Shown here piece after piece: positions 9,893 to 19,888 of a stretch of 64,000 nucleotides of DNA. The stretch is from Terriglobales bacterium (GTDB lineage Bacteria; Acidobacteriota; Terriglobia; Terriglobales; Acidobacteriaceae): contig DATKKJ010000054.1 of the NCBI GenBank assembly GCA_035543055.1, forward strand, positions 1,716-65,715, read 5' to 3'. The notes beneath the pieces are model-generated. The model had not been told where the DNA came from, ran no database searches, and saw only the letters and a list, made by a program, of their open reading frames with translations. The stretch's first letter is position 1; every line of letters starts with the position of its first letter. The translations under genes and the position numbers were made by a program.

Positions 9893-12220
9893 TCAGTAGA
9901 TAAGGCGGAGGATGTCGGAGTAGTCGTCGGTCCAGAGGCGAGGGGCCACGCCTCGGTATTGCACAGTGATTGGCTGCAAGCCGGGTATGTTGAGCAACTC
10001 CGGATGGCGGGTGATCAGAAACCAGGCGCTGCCGTAGACGGGTGCCTGGGGCTGGTTCCAGGTGAGCAGGTACTGGGCATGGAAGTGAGCGGCGGCACCT
10101 TGCAGCACCGGCACCAGATCCACATGTCGGCTGGTGATGTGAACGGCGATGATGCCAGTCTGGGGGTCCAACTGCTGCCAGTAGGTCTCGAAAGCCTCTT
10201 TGGTAAGAAGGTGAACCGGTACGGAGTCCCCATTGAAGGCGTCGAGGACCAGGACGTCGAAGCGCCCGCGCGCGCCGGCGGCCGCCTCGCGTTCCAGAGA
10301 GAGCCGGGCATCTCCCAAGGCCAGGGAAACGGTCGCAGGGGAATCGCGGAGGTAGGTAAACAGCGGGTGCTCACCGGAGCAGAGGCTGACCACATCGGGA
10401 TTGATCTCGTAGAAGCGGATGGAATCTCCGTGGTGGCCGTAGGCAGCAAGTGTCCCCACTCCCAGGCCGACCACGCCCATACGCAGGGTTCCGCCGGCGA
10501 CATTCCGGCTGGGATGGTTCCGCAGCAGCACGCCAATCCCGCTAATGGGGCCGTAATAAGCCGTGGGGTAGCGCTCCATGGGCGGGTCGAGTTGAGTGCC
10601 GTGGCTGGTCTGCCCGTGCACCAGTTCGTTCAAATGGGTATAGCGGAAGACGCGCACGACGCCGTAGAAGCTGCGCGCTCCCCAACGGAACGCCCCTTTG
10701 GGGAGAGAGCTGAAATACAGCGCGGCGAAGGCGAATAGGATGAGGGCGCCAACCGGGATCTGCACGGAACGGAAGCCGCGTTCGGCGGCATCAGTGCCCC
10801 GCTCCAGCATCACGGCTGCCATCACAGCCGTGATGCCGATGAACACGGCAACGGGATAGAAGCGGAGGGAGTCCAGGAGGTCGGCGATGGCGGGAAGCCA
10901 GCGGCCGGCGCCGAAGCCGGCCAGCAACGTAGCCACGACGATCACGAGTGGCAGCCAGAGGCGGCGACGGAAGAGCCAGGAGTCTGGATCGAGAAGCAGC
11001 GTGACCAGCCACAAGATAATGGCCAGCCCCAGCGACAGTTGAAATTCGAGGAAAGACCTGAATACATGGGGCGCGACGACGGCCACGAAAATGCCGCCCG
11101 CCGCGCCACCGGCGGAGATCACCAGGTAGAACGAGGTCAGGGAGCGCACGCCGGGCTTGAGCCGGACGAGCTCGCCGTGGCAGATCATGCAGGTGAAAAA
11201 CAGCAACAGGGGAAGGACCATCGTCAGGACGAGGAACTGGACAAAGGCCAGAGCGGCGAAGGTCAGAAACAGGGCGGCCGCAAACAAGGGGTGGAAGACG
11301 GCGCGCTGATACCAGCGCGGATGATCGAAGCAGAGAATGAAACTGAGCAAGTAGAGCGAGAGTGGCAGCACCCAGAGCAGGGGGACGGTGATGACCTCCT
11401 GGCAGAGCAGGTTGGTGGTGGCCAGCAGCAGGGAGGAAGCGCAAGCGGCCAGCAGGAACCATAAGCCGTAGAGGAGGGGGCGGGGGCGCGCCTCGGGGCA
11501 GTCGGCAGGCGAATCGGTCGGCTCCGCGAGCTGGCGATCGGGTGCAGGCATCGCCCGCCAGGCGCACAGGGCACAGCCGCCGGCGAACAGGCAGAAGGCG
11601 ATGGACCAAATCCTTCCCTGGAGCTTCAGATGGAGCGTGGGCTCGACCAGGAGGGGAAAGCTCAGGAGTCCGAGGAGCGAACCGAGATTGGAGAGGGAAT
11701 ACAGACGATAGGCCCGGGCTCCTCTGCCGAGGCGTGCAAACCAGCCCTGCAACAGCGGAGCCGTGGTGGACAGAACGAAGAAAGGGAGGCCGACGGAGAG
11801 CAGAACGATGGCCGCGACAGCGGCTGCCGGACTGTCGGTGGAGAGGGGTTTCCAGGAGGGGCCGGGGGTGATCGCCGAGGGCCAGAAGAAGGACAGGATG
11901 AGAACCAACAGAAAGGCGAGGGCTAGGACCAGCGAATGAAGCCGGGCCTGGGCGATGGGGGAGAGCCGCACGGAAACCACGTGGGAATAGACATATCCGG
12001 CCAGTAGCAGCAACTGAAAGACCAGCAGACTGGTAGTCCAAACGGCGGCAGAGCCGCCGAACCAAGGCAGGATGTGTTTGCTGATGATCAACTGCACCTG
12101 GAAGAGGAGGAAGGCGCTCAGGAAAGAGGTGAAGGCGAACAGGAGGGTGGTGGTCCGGGGAACGGTCTCGGCCGAGACTTGGGGTGCGGGCTGCACGGCG
12201 GCGGCGGTGTCGGAAGTCAA
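9893..12220 (-). CDS. fused polytopic membrane domain / spermidine synthase-like methyltransferase-fold protein
   Basis: 775-aa ORF with a TTG start. The N-terminal ~480 aa are strongly hydrophobic. The C-terminus has an aminopropyltransferase-like fold (GVVGLGVGTLAAY..FDVLVLDAF). Confidence 0.8.
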   Translation of the reverse strand: MTSDTAAAVQPAPQVSAETVPRTTTLLFAFTSFLSAFLLFQVQLIISKHILPWFGGSAAVWTTSLLVFQLLLLAGYVYSHVVSVRLSPIAQARLHSLVLALAFLLVLILSFFWPSAITPGPSWKPLSTDSPAAAVAAIVLLSVGLPFFVLSTTAPLLQGWFARLGRGARAYRLYSLSNLGSLLGLLSFPLLVEPTLHLKLQGRIWSIAFCLFAGGCALCAWRAMPAPDRQLAEPTDSPADCPEARPRPLLYGLWFLLAACASSLLLATTNLLCQEVITVPLLWVLPLSLYLLSFILCFDHPRWYQRAVFHPLFAAALFLTFAALAFVQFLVLTMVLPLLLFFTCMICHGELVRLKPGVRSLTSFYLVISAGGAAGGIFVAVVAPHVFRSFLEFQLSLGLAIILWLVTLLLDPDSWLFRRRLWLPLVIVVATLLAGFGAGRWLPAIADLLDSLRFYPVAVFIGITAVMAAVMLERGTDAAERGFRSVQIPVGALILFAFAALYFSSLPKGAFRWGARSFYGVVRVFRYTHLNELVHGQTSHGTQLDPPMERYPTAYYGPISGIGVLLRNHPSRNVAGGTLRMGVVGLGVGTLAAYGHHGDSIRFYEINPDVVSLCSGEHPLFTYLRDSPATVSLALGDARLSLEREAAAGARGRFDVLVLDAFNGDSVPVHLLTKEAFETYWQQLDPQTGIIAVHITSRHVDLVPVLQGAAAHFHAQYLLTWNQPQAPVYGSAWFLITRHPELLNIPGLQPITVQYRGVAPRLWTDDYSDILRLIY

Positions 12221-12275
12221 TTCTCCCCCTGCGGGATGGCCTGAGCACAGTATTCCAGAACACCCGGACAGCCGA

Positions 12276-12291
12276 TGTGAGGAAAATCACA
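12276..12291. promoter_or_regulatory. perfect TGTGA-N6-TCACA inverted repeat (CRP/FNR-type operator candidate)
   Basis: Sequence tgtgaggaaaatcaca in a divergent promoter region, centred 63.5 bp from the minus-gene start (12220) and 76.5 bp from the plus-gene start (12360). Confidence 0.55.
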
Positions 12292-12301
12292 GGCGAGAAT
12301 C

Positions 12302-12339
12302 GGAAGTAGCCGGGAGTCAGGAGTCGGGAGTCAGCGGCG
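12302..12339. repeat. tandem heptamers (..GAAGTAGCC GGGAGTC AGGAGTC GGGAGTC AGCGGCG)
   Basis: Read directly. Same RGGAGTC family as 5434-5468. Confidence 0.7.
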
Positions 12340-12359
12340 GGACGGGTTAGAATCAGGAT

Positions 12360-12725
12360 ATGAGGAGATGGGCGGCGGTACTGGTCGTGGCGGTGCTGGC
12401 GGTGTGCGCCGGGGCGCAGCAGCAGAAGACTTCGGACCTGAAGTTCCAGGTGCTGAAGGAGCGGAACGGGAAGCCGATCCGCAATGCCAGCGTGATCCTG
12501 CATACGGTGGACAAGGAAGGCAAGCAGGGGAAGGGCGGGTTGCAGACCAAGACCGACGCCGAGGGGCGGGCGACGATCCCGGGGATCCCCTACGGGAAGA
12601 TGCGGGTGCAGGTGATCGCGCACGGGTTCCAGACCTTCGGCGCGGATTACGACATCGCCCAGCCGGAGCAGGAGTTCGTGATCAAGCTGAAGCTGCCGCA
12701 GGAACAGTACACAATCTACAAGTAA
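12360..12725 (+). CDS. secreted carboxypeptidase-regulatory-like (beta-sandwich) domain protein
   Basis: 121-aa ORF with a signal peptide (VLVVAVLAVCAGAQQ) and the pattern TDAEGRATIPGIPYGKMRVQV typical of CarboxypepD_reg-like folds. Confidence 0.55.
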   Translation: MRRWAAVLVVAVLAVCAGAQQQKTSDLKFQVLKERNGKPIRNASVILHTVDKEGKQGKGGLQTKTDAEGRATIPGIPYGKMRVQVIAHGFQTFGADYDIAQPEQEFVIKLKLPQEQYTIYK

Positions 12726-12780
12726 GCACTCAGTCCTTGGTCCTCACTGGGGAGCGAGCCTTGTTGAGCAAGCTGAGAAT

Positions 12781-14694
12781 CTAATCGGCGAGGTTCATGC
12801 GGCGAAGCGCGCTCTGGAAGCGGGGATCAGCGCGCAAGGGATCCCAGGCGGGATCAACCTTGAGGAAGATGAGGCGGGCCGCCCGCTCCTCCACCGCGAC
12901 ATCCAGCCACCGGAAGGCTTCGTCGAACTCGCCGAGCTGCCCATGGATGCGGGCAATGTAGGGACTTAGGATGGCCCGCGCCTGAGGGTGAGCCTTGAGG
13001 TCCTGCAGCAGGGCGCGGGCCTTATGGGTCTTGCCGATCCCGGCATAAGCCTGAATCTTGCCAGCCAAATCACCAAGACCGGGAAGTTCTCGCGGTGCGC
13101 GCTCGAATTCGTTCAAGGCCTGCGGGTACTCGCCCATCGAAAGCAGAAAGTGCCCCCACCAGATCGGGTTGGCGCCATCCAGTTCGCGGCGGCTTTGGGC
13201 CACCGCGCGAGCCTCCTGGAAACGACGCGCATTGACGTAAACCAGCCCACGGCCGCTGGCCACGGTTCGTGAGAGGGGGTCGAGGACAGCGGCGCGCTTG
13301 ATGGCCCCGATCGCTTCCTCGTGCCGACCCACAGTCGAGAGATACAGGCCGTAGACGTGATTCGACACCGGATTGTTAGGATTCGATAGAAGCGCCTTCT
13401 TCAATTCTCGTTCGGAACCGGCCCAGTCCCATTCGTAGTTCCGCAGAATGAAACCCAAGGCCGCATGGCCCTCCGGCAGGGAATCGTCAATCTCGATCGC
13501 CCGCAGGGCGGCCGCCTTGGCCAGGGGATAGCCTTCCTTGGGGGGAACAAACTCGCCGGAGGCCAGCCGGTTATAGGCGAAGGCCAGCCAGGCGTAGGCT
13601 TCGGCGTAATCCGGCTGCAGCGCGATCGCCCGTTTGAAATGGTCAACGCTGTCGGCTGCCCCTCGCTGCCGTCCGCTGTGCCAGAGAGACAACCCGCGCA
13701 GGAACGCCTCGTAGGCCTCCGGCTGGACGATACGGGTGCGCAGCGGGGCAGGCGCGCCGCGCGTCAACTGAAGGCCGATCTCCCGGGCGACGTTCACAGC
13801 GATGTCTTTCTGGACGGGGAAGATGCCGCTCAGTTCGCGTTCATAGCTTTCCGCCCAACGATGGCTCTGGTCTTGGACCTGGATCAGTTGCGCGGTGATG
13901 CGCACTCGATTCCCATCCCGGCGAACGCTCCCTTCGAGGATGTAGTCGACGTCAAGCTCGCGACCGATCTGGGCGACCGTCTTGCGTGATCCCTTGTAAG
14001 CCATGGCCGAGGTACGGGCGATTACGGCGAGCCGGGAGGAGTCGTAGCGACTCAGGTAGGCAATCATCTCCTCGGTCATGCCGTCACTGAAGTACTCCTG
14101 CGCCGAATCGCCGCTCAGGTTGGCGAACGGCAGCACCGCCAGCCGCTGCAACCCGGGCACGGTGGTGGGCCGCGGAGAGAACTTCGAGCTGGCTAGATTG
14201 ACCAGCAGCCCCAGGAGCAAAGCCATTGCCAGGGCAGCGATGGCATGCCGAGGCCTGGTCCTGATTGGCGGCGCCGTTACCGTGGGTCGCACCTCGGCCT
14301 GGGAGGCGGGGTCTGCCAGGGGGGCAACGAAGCGGTAGCCGCGACGGGGTACAGTCTCAATGAAGCGGGGGTTCTCGGGGCTATCACCCAAAGCGGTGCG
14401 CAGTTTCTGGACGGCCTTGTTCAGGCCGTGTTCGAAATCCACAAAGGTGTCGCCCGGCCAGAGCCGTTCGCGGAGCTGCTCCCGGCTCACCATCTCCCCC
14501 GGCGTGGCCAGCAGCATGCGCAGCACCTCTAACGGCTGCTGCTGGAGGTAAATCCTTTTTCCGTTGCAGGTTAGCTCGCCTGAACGAATGTCCAGGGCAT
14601 AGCCGGCAAAGTACGCCTTGGCGGTCTCAGGAGCGGACGGGTCCTGAACCGTGCCAGAGCTTGGAGCACTCCCCAAGAGATCCTCGACCTCCAC
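12781..14694 (-). CDS. CadC-like transcriptional regulator: OmpR/PhoB-type winged helix + TM + TPR repeats
   Basis: 637-aa ORF. The N-terminus has a wHTH (VSREQLRERLWPG..VDFEHGLNKAVQKLRTAL..IETVPRRGYRF), followed by one TM helix and C-terminal TPR-like repeats. Confidence 0.8.
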   Translation of the reverse strand: MEVEDLLGSAPSSGTVQDPSAPETAKAYFAGYALDIRSGELTCNGKRIYLQQQPLEVLRMLLATPGEMVSREQLRERLWPGDTFVDFEHGLNKAVQKLRTALGDSPENPRFIETVPRRGYRFVAPLADPASQAEVRPTVTAPPIRTRPRHAIAALAMALLLGLLVNLASSKFSPRPTTVPGLQRLAVLPFANLSGDSAQEYFSDGMTEEMIAYLSRYDSSRLAVIARTSAMAYKGSRKTVAQIGRELDVDYILEGSVRRDGNRVRITAQLIQVQDQSHRWAESYERELSGIFPVQKDIAVNVAREIGLQLTRGAPAPLRTRIVQPEAYEAFLRGLSLWHSGRQRGAADSVDHFKRAIALQPDYAEAYAWLAFAYNRLASGEFVPPKEGYPLAKAAALRAIEIDDSLPEGHAALGFILRNYEWDWAGSERELKKALLSNPNNPVSNHVYGLYLSTVGRHEEAIGAIKRAAVLDPLSRTVASGRGLVYVNARRFQEARAVAQSRRELDGANPIWWGHFLLSMGEYPQALNEFERAPRELPGLGDLAGKIQAYAGIGKTHKARALLQDLKAHPQARAILSPYIARIHGQLGEFDEAFRWLDVAVEERAARLIFLKVDPAWDPLRADPRFQSALRRMNLAD

Positions 14695-14874
14695 GTGGGC
14701 AAGATTCTACACCCGTGACCTGATTGGTGGATGCCCTTGATGGGGGACGAATAAACCACCCCCAGGGGATGAATAGGGCATTGTCGGCGTTGGGCGAGCC
14801 GGGGAGACTCACCGCGCGTGCGTTCCCGCCAAACCGTCCGGCGGTCCGAATGCAGAGATGAGGGGAGAAAACCC

Positions 14875-16719
14875 ATGATTCGAATGCAAGGCCGGCATGC
14901 TTGCTTGGTTACCGGCCTAATGTTGGCGCTCTTGACTGTAGCTTGCGGCGGTAGCGGTGGTTTTACCGCGCTGGGGCCGCCCAACGGTCCTCCGCAGCCG
15001 ACGGCAACGCCACAGTCCGTCCAAATCGAGCCGAGCCAGGCGACTCTGGTTCCCTTACAGGTGGTGCAGTTCAAAGCCTCAGTAGTCCCCAACGGAGCCG
15101 ACCAGGCCGTCCAGTGGTTCCTCCCAGCCGGCTGCGATCCCGACCACTGCGGAACGGTGGACAACACCGGGAAATACACGGCCCCCAAATTCCTGCCCGG
15201 CTCGCCCACACTGATGCTGCGCGCCATCGCTGTGGCACTGCCGCAACCAGAGACGGAGGCGAGCATCAGAATCATCGCCCCTCCGGAGGAAGACAACTCC
15301 CGGAATTACAGTCTGCAGGGCCAGTATGCGGTCCTGGTTGGGACTGCATTCAATTCTGTGATCGACGAGCGGCAAGCACTCGCCGCCACGCTCTACGCCT
15401 ACGGGGACGGCACGGTTTCCGGGGTCTGCGACGATCCGGGGCACTCGCAGCTGGGAGGCGCGCTGGTCGGGCACTACGCCATCGCCGCCGATTACCGGGC
15501 GCGCCTCACGCTGCAATGCGGCGGAGGTCCGACCCGCACCCTGCGGGTCGCCTTCATCCCGCCAGTGGAGGGCGAACCTGCAAGCAAGGGACACATCATC
15601 CAGCTGGGCTATCCCTCAGAGGACCTGTCGGCGGGAATGATCGCGCGGCAGGACCCCTCGGCATTCTCGAAGGAGGCCCTGGCCGGGGACTACGCGTTCA
15701 GTCTGGGCCCGATGATTGGCCGGTTCACCCTCGGATACAGCGAGGATTTCGCTGAGACCCTTTTCCTCGGCCAGCTCGATCTGCGCTTCGGCTCCTACGA
15801 GCAGCGGAACCTTTCCTTCCTCGGCTTCTATGAGGTGGACGCCGACGGCCGTGGCCGGCTCAGCGTGGGTGGCCTGCCGCAACAGACGATGTTCAGTCCG
15901 TTCCAGCCGGTCGACCTCCGCGACCTCCTGGTTGAATTTCGGTTCTATGTGATTTCCAGCGACGAACTCGTGCTGCTGCCCACGTTCTCCAAGACCGGCT
16001 GTTGTCCGGTGGGGCCGGCGGTGTCGGTCGGACTGGCGCACCGGCAGTCCGGACTTCCACTCTCCAACGAATCGTTGACGGGCAACGCGGTCCTCCTGGA
16101 TTCGCGGGCTGACAGCGAGCAGCACGTCTACCTCGTCGGAAAGGTCGCACTCGACGGTGCGGGCGCCTTCAACGGTTCCGGAGACCGGTTCAGCGTCTGG
16201 TTCGAGTTCGAGGAAAGTAGCCTGCACGAGACAAATGTCCCCATCGCCGGTGTGTACTCGCTCGCGCCGGACGGGCTCGGCGGGGGAAGCATCACCATCA
16301 ACGGGACGGAGAACCCGCTGTACGTGGTGCGGCCCGGGCGGGCGCTTCTGGGGTTCAATAGCACGCCGACTCACTTGGAGGTCGGCGCCGCCGGTCCGTT
16401 CGACGATGGTGCGTTGACGGGCGACTATGCCGTCGGCACACCAATGCCACCGTTCTGGGGCAGAACGGCCGGGAGCTTCAAATCCGGAGGCAATGGCACC
16501 GGCCAAGCTGTCCTCGACAGCTTTGTCGTCGGGGTCTCAGGGTCCGTCGTCGAGGACAAAGCTACGGTCACATACACGACGGCGAGCGACGGCCGCACGG
16601 TATTCGTATTCACGGATGCCGACGGGAACCACTGGTCGGCTGTGTTCTATCTACTCTCGCCAAGCAAGGCAGTAGGGATCTGGACCCACGCGGCGGGGAG
16701 CGGAGTGCTGGAACGATAA
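14875..16719 (+). CDS. hypothetical lipoprotein with N-terminal Ig-like (Big_2-like) domain
   Basis: ORF 14818-16719. Start placed at MIRMQ after a GAGGGGAG RBS. Lipobox LLTVAC. Confidence 0.6.
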   Translation: MIRMQGRHACLVTGLMLALLTVACGGSGGFTALGPPNGPPQPTATPQSVQIEPSQATLVPLQVVQFKASVVPNGADQAVQWFLPAGCDPDHCGTVDNTGKYTAPKFLPGSPTLMLRAIAVALPQPETEASIRIIAPPEEDNSRNYSLQGQYAVLVGTAFNSVIDERQALAATLYAYGDGTVSGVCDDPGHSQLGGALVGHYAIAADYRARLTLQCGGGPTRTLRVAFIPPVEGEPASKGHIIQLGYPSEDLSAGMIARQDPSAFSKEALAGDYAFSLGPMIGRFTLGYSEDFAETLFLGQLDLRFGSYEQRNLSFLGFYEVDADGRGRLSVGGLPQQTMFSPFQPVDLRDLLVEFRFYVISSDELVLLPTFSKTGCCPVGPAVSVGLAHRQSGLPLSNESLTGNAVLLDSRADSEQHVYLVGKVALDGAGAFNGSGDRFSVWFEFEESSLHETNVPIAGVYSLAPDGLGGGSITINGTENPLYVVRPGRALLGFNSTPTHLEVGAAGPFDDGALTGDYAVGTPMPPFWGRTAGSFKSGGNGTGQAVLDSFVVGVSGSVVEDKATVTYTTASDGRTVFVFTDADGNHWSAVFYLLSPSKAVGIWTHAAGSGVLER

Positions 16720-16838
16720 CCACAAGGCGACGGAGGCGCGGCCAGAGCTGCGCCTCCCGCAGCGTCGAAGCAGAGATTGATTTTGAGGTTCTCCGCGGCC
16801 TAGGATGACTGGTTCATCCGTTCATACGAGGAAGGTGT

Positions 16839-18701
16839 ATGAAGGGTCGTCAGTCGTCGGTCGCCAGTCGCCTGCCTGTCCGCGGGGGCGTTCACACTTT
16901 GGCATGCGGGCCGGTCTCAGTCCTGCTATTCATCCTGGTTTTCCTCAGTTCCGGTCTCGCCCAGCAGCAGGCGAGTGCCAAGAGATACGTCGAAGATGTG
17001 AAGGTGCTGACCGCGCCACAGATGGAAGGTCGAGGGGCGGGTACCGAGGGACTGGCCCGGGCGGCGCAATACATCGAAAACGAGTTCAAGCGGCTGAAGC
17101 TGCAGCCGGCGGGGGTGAACGGCACCTACCGGCAGCCGTTCACAGTGACGACCGGCGCCAAGCTCCGGGGCAAGAACCAGCTGCTGGTCCAGGAGAACGG
17201 GAAAGACCAGGCGCTCACGCTGGAGCAGGACTACATCCCCCTGAGCTTTTCCTCAGTCGGGGAGGTGAGCGGGCCGCTGGTGTTCGCGGGCTACGGGGCG
17301 TCGGCGGACGAGTTCGGCTACGACGACTACCTGCACTTCGACGCCCAGGACAAGCTCGTGGTGGTGCTGCGCTACGAGCCGGCCAAGTTCGAGGAAAAGA
17401 GCGGGAAGCAGGGCAAGACCCACCACTCGCACCTGATCACCAAGGCGATCAACGCCAAGATGCACGGGGCCAAGGCGGTGCTGCTGGTCAACGGCAAGCT
17501 GGACCCGAAAGAAGAAGACGTGCTGGTGCGCTTCGGCAGCCAGGTCGGGCCGGAAGACGCGGGCATCCCCATCGTGCAGGTGAAGAACGCGGCAGCCGAT
17601 GAATGGTTCAAGGCGGCGGGGAAGTCGTTGAGCGAAGTGCAGGAGGCGATCGACAAGCAGGGACATCCGGAATCGTTCGCTTTCCCGGCCAGCCTGCGGG
17701 TGACGCTGGCGGTGGACATCGAGCGGACACGGGCGACGGTGAACAACATCCTGGCCTACCTGCCGGGCAAGAGCGACGAGTACGTGATCCTGGGCGCGCA
17801 CTACGACCACCTGGGCTACGGGAACGCGAGCTCGCTGGCGCCGTCGCAGATCGGGCAGATCCATCCGGGGGCGGACGACAACGCCTCGGGGACGGCGGGC
17901 GTGCTGGAGCTGGCGCGGCTGCTGGCGCCCGAGAAAGGCAAGCTGGCGCGGGGCATCCTGTTCCAGAGCTATGCCGGAGAAGAGATCGGGCTGCTGGGAT
18001 CGGCGGACTGGGTGAAGGAACCGACCCGGCCGCTGGACAAGGCGGTCGCCATGATCAACATGGACATGATCGGGCGGCCGAAGAACGGGAAGATCTACGT
18101 GGGCGGGGTGGGCACGGGCAGCACCTTCCAGCCGCTGGTGGAGAAGGCGGCCAAGGACCAGGGGCTGACGGCGGAGATCTCCAAGGGCGGCTACGCGGCC
18201 AGCGACCACACCTCGTTCCTGCCCAAGAGCATCCCGGTACTGTTCGTCTTCTCCGGGCTGCATACCGATTATCACAAGCCCTCGGACACGTGGGAGAAGA
18301 TCGACGGCGAGGCGGCAGCCAAGGTCGTCAACATGGTGGAGGAGATCGCGACCGGGCTGGACAACGCCGTGGAGCGTCCGAAGTTCGCCAAGGTGGAGAT
18401 GGAGGCAGCGCCGGGCGGCGGGGGCGGAGGTGGCTACGGGCCATGGTTCGGGTCGGTGCCGGATTTCGGCGAAGTCCCGAACGGGGTGAAGTTCGCGGAC
18501 GTGACCCCGGGGTCACCGGCAGCCAAGGCGGGATTGAAGCCGGGGGACATCCTGGTGCAGTTCGGGGAGACGCCGATCAAGAACCTTTACGACTTCACCT
18601 TCGCGCTGCGGAAACATAAGGTCGGGGACGAAGTGGAAGTCACGGTACTGCGCGACGGCAAAGAGCTGAAACAGAAAGTGACGCTGGCGCAGAGAAAGTA
18701 A
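16839..18701 (+). CDS. M28 family metallopeptidase with PA and C-terminal PDZ domains
   Basis: 620-aa ORF with M28 motifs (GAHYDHLG, GADDNASG, GEEIGLLGS, NMDMIGR, SDHTSF) and a PDZ-like C-terminus (GSPAAKAGLKPGDILVQF). Confidence 0.85.
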   Translation: MKGRQSSVASRLPVRGGVHTLACGPVSVLLFILVFLSSGLAQQQASAKRYVEDVKVLTAPQMEGRGAGTEGLARAAQYIENEFKRLKLQPAGVNGTYRQPFTVTTGAKLRGKNQLLVQENGKDQALTLEQDYIPLSFSSVGEVSGPLVFAGYGASADEFGYDDYLHFDAQDKLVVVLRYEPAKFEEKSGKQGKTHHSHLITKAINAKMHGAKAVLLVNGKLDPKEEDVLVRFGSQVGPEDAGIPIVQVKNAAADEWFKAAGKSLSEVQEAIDKQGHPESFAFPASLRVTLAVDIERTRATVNNILAYLPGKSDEYVILGAHYDHLGYGNASSLAPSQIGQIHPGADDNASGTAGVLELARLLAPEKGKLARGILFQSYAGEEIGLLGSADWVKEPTRPLDKAVAMINMDMIGRPKNGKIYVGGVGTGSTFQPLVEKAAKDQGLTAEISKGGYAASDHTSFLPKSIPVLFVFSGLHTDYHKPSDTWEKIDGEAAAKVVNMVEEIATGLDNAVERPKFAKVEMEAAPGGGGGGGYGPWFGSVPDFGEVPNGVKFADVTPGSPAAKAGLKPGDILVQFGETPIKNLYDFTFALRKHKVGDEVEVTVLRDGKELKQKVTLAQRK

Positions 18702-18749
18702 GAAGTACGATTTGAAATTTGTAAAGTTCTGAAACACTAAGGACATGGG

Positions 18750-19805
18750 ATGCGGATTGTCATAACCGCTATTTTGCTTTTGTCATCGCTGGCCGCCGTA
18801 GGGCAGGAGAAGAAGCTGACCACGCCGGAAGAGGACAAGCACCTGAAGAACGTGAAGCAGCTGACGTTCGGCGGAGAAAACGCCGAGGCGTACTTTTCGG
18901 CCGATAACCAGTGGCTGATCTTCCAGCACGCCGGGGAAGGCGTGCCGTGCGACCGCATCTACATGATGCGGGTCGCCGGGGGCGAACCCAAGATGCAGCT
19001 GGTTTTCTGGCCGGTCAGCGACGGCAAAGGCAAGACGACGTGCTCGTATTTCTTTCCTGATGGCGACCGGGTGCTGTTCTCGTCCACGGAAGGGGCGGGG
19101 GCGGGGTGCCCACCGCGTCCGGATTACTCGCACGGGTACGTGTGGCCGATCTACAGCTCGTATGACCTCTACACCGCCAAGCGCGACGGCAGCGGGCTGA
19201 AAAAGCTGACCGATTCGCCGGGCTACGACGCCGAGGCGACGATCACGCGGGATGGCAAGCACATCGTCTTCACCTCGACGCGCGACGGCGACCTCGAGAT
19301 TTACACCATGGACGCCGACGGGAAGAACGTGAAGCGGCTGACCCACGAGTTGGGCTACGACGGCGGGCCGTTCTGGTCGGCGGACGGGAACAAGATCGTG
19401 TACCGGGCGCAGCGGGCAAAGACCAAGGAAGAAGCGGAGGAATACAAGACGCTGCTGAAGCAGGGGCTGATCAAGCCGGGGAACCTGGAGATCTGGGTAA
19501 TGAACGCGGACGGCTCGGGCAAGCATCAGGTGACGCACAACGGGGCGTCGAACTTCGGGCCCTTCTGGCACCCGGACGGCAAGCGGATCATCTTCTCCTC
19601 CAATCTGGCCCAACCCGACAGCATGGAGTTTGACCTGTACCTGATCAACGAGGACGGCAGCGGGCTGGAGCGGGTGACCAGCCATCCTGGGTTCGACGGC
19701 TTCCCCATGTTCAGCTCCGACGGGAAGAGGCTGGTGTGGGCATCGAACCGGAACCAATCGCGGCCGCACGAGACCAACATCTTCATCGCGGACTGGGTGG
19801 AGTAG
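18750..19805 (+). CDS. TolB-like beta-propeller (PD40 repeat) protein
   Basis: 351-aa ORF with a signal peptide and repeated PD40-like motifs (DGKHIVFTSTRDGDLEIYTMDADG, DGKRIIFSSN, DGKRLVWASNR). Confidence 0.8.
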   Translation: MRIVITAILLLSSLAAVGQEKKLTTPEEDKHLKNVKQLTFGGENAEAYFSADNQWLIFQHAGEGVPCDRIYMMRVAGGEPKMQLVFWPVSDGKGKTTCSYFFPDGDRVLFSSTEGAGAGCPPRPDYSHGYVWPIYSSYDLYTAKRDGSGLKKLTDSPGYDAEATITRDGKHIVFTSTRDGDLEIYTMDADGKNVKRLTHELGYDGGPFWSADGNKIVYRAQRAKTKEEAEEYKTLLKQGLIKPGNLEIWVMNADGSGKHQVTHNGASNFGPFWHPDGKRIIFSSNLAQPDSMEFDLYLINEDGSGLERVTSHPGFDGFPMFSSDGKRLVWASNRNQSRPHETNIFIADWVE

Positions 19806-19888
19806 GCGAGGCGACTCACGCCCGCCTCGCCCTGGACGGGCGGGGACCCCCGTCCCCACGTGACCTTATGTCCGACCTCACAGCAGGA

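Noticed and set aside
10791-12623. 610-aa minus-strand ORF in an alternative frame of the membrane/spermidine-synthase-like gene.
   Set aside because: Extreme Arg/Pro content. The 9893-12220 frame has coherent TM helices and a recognisable C-terminal domain.
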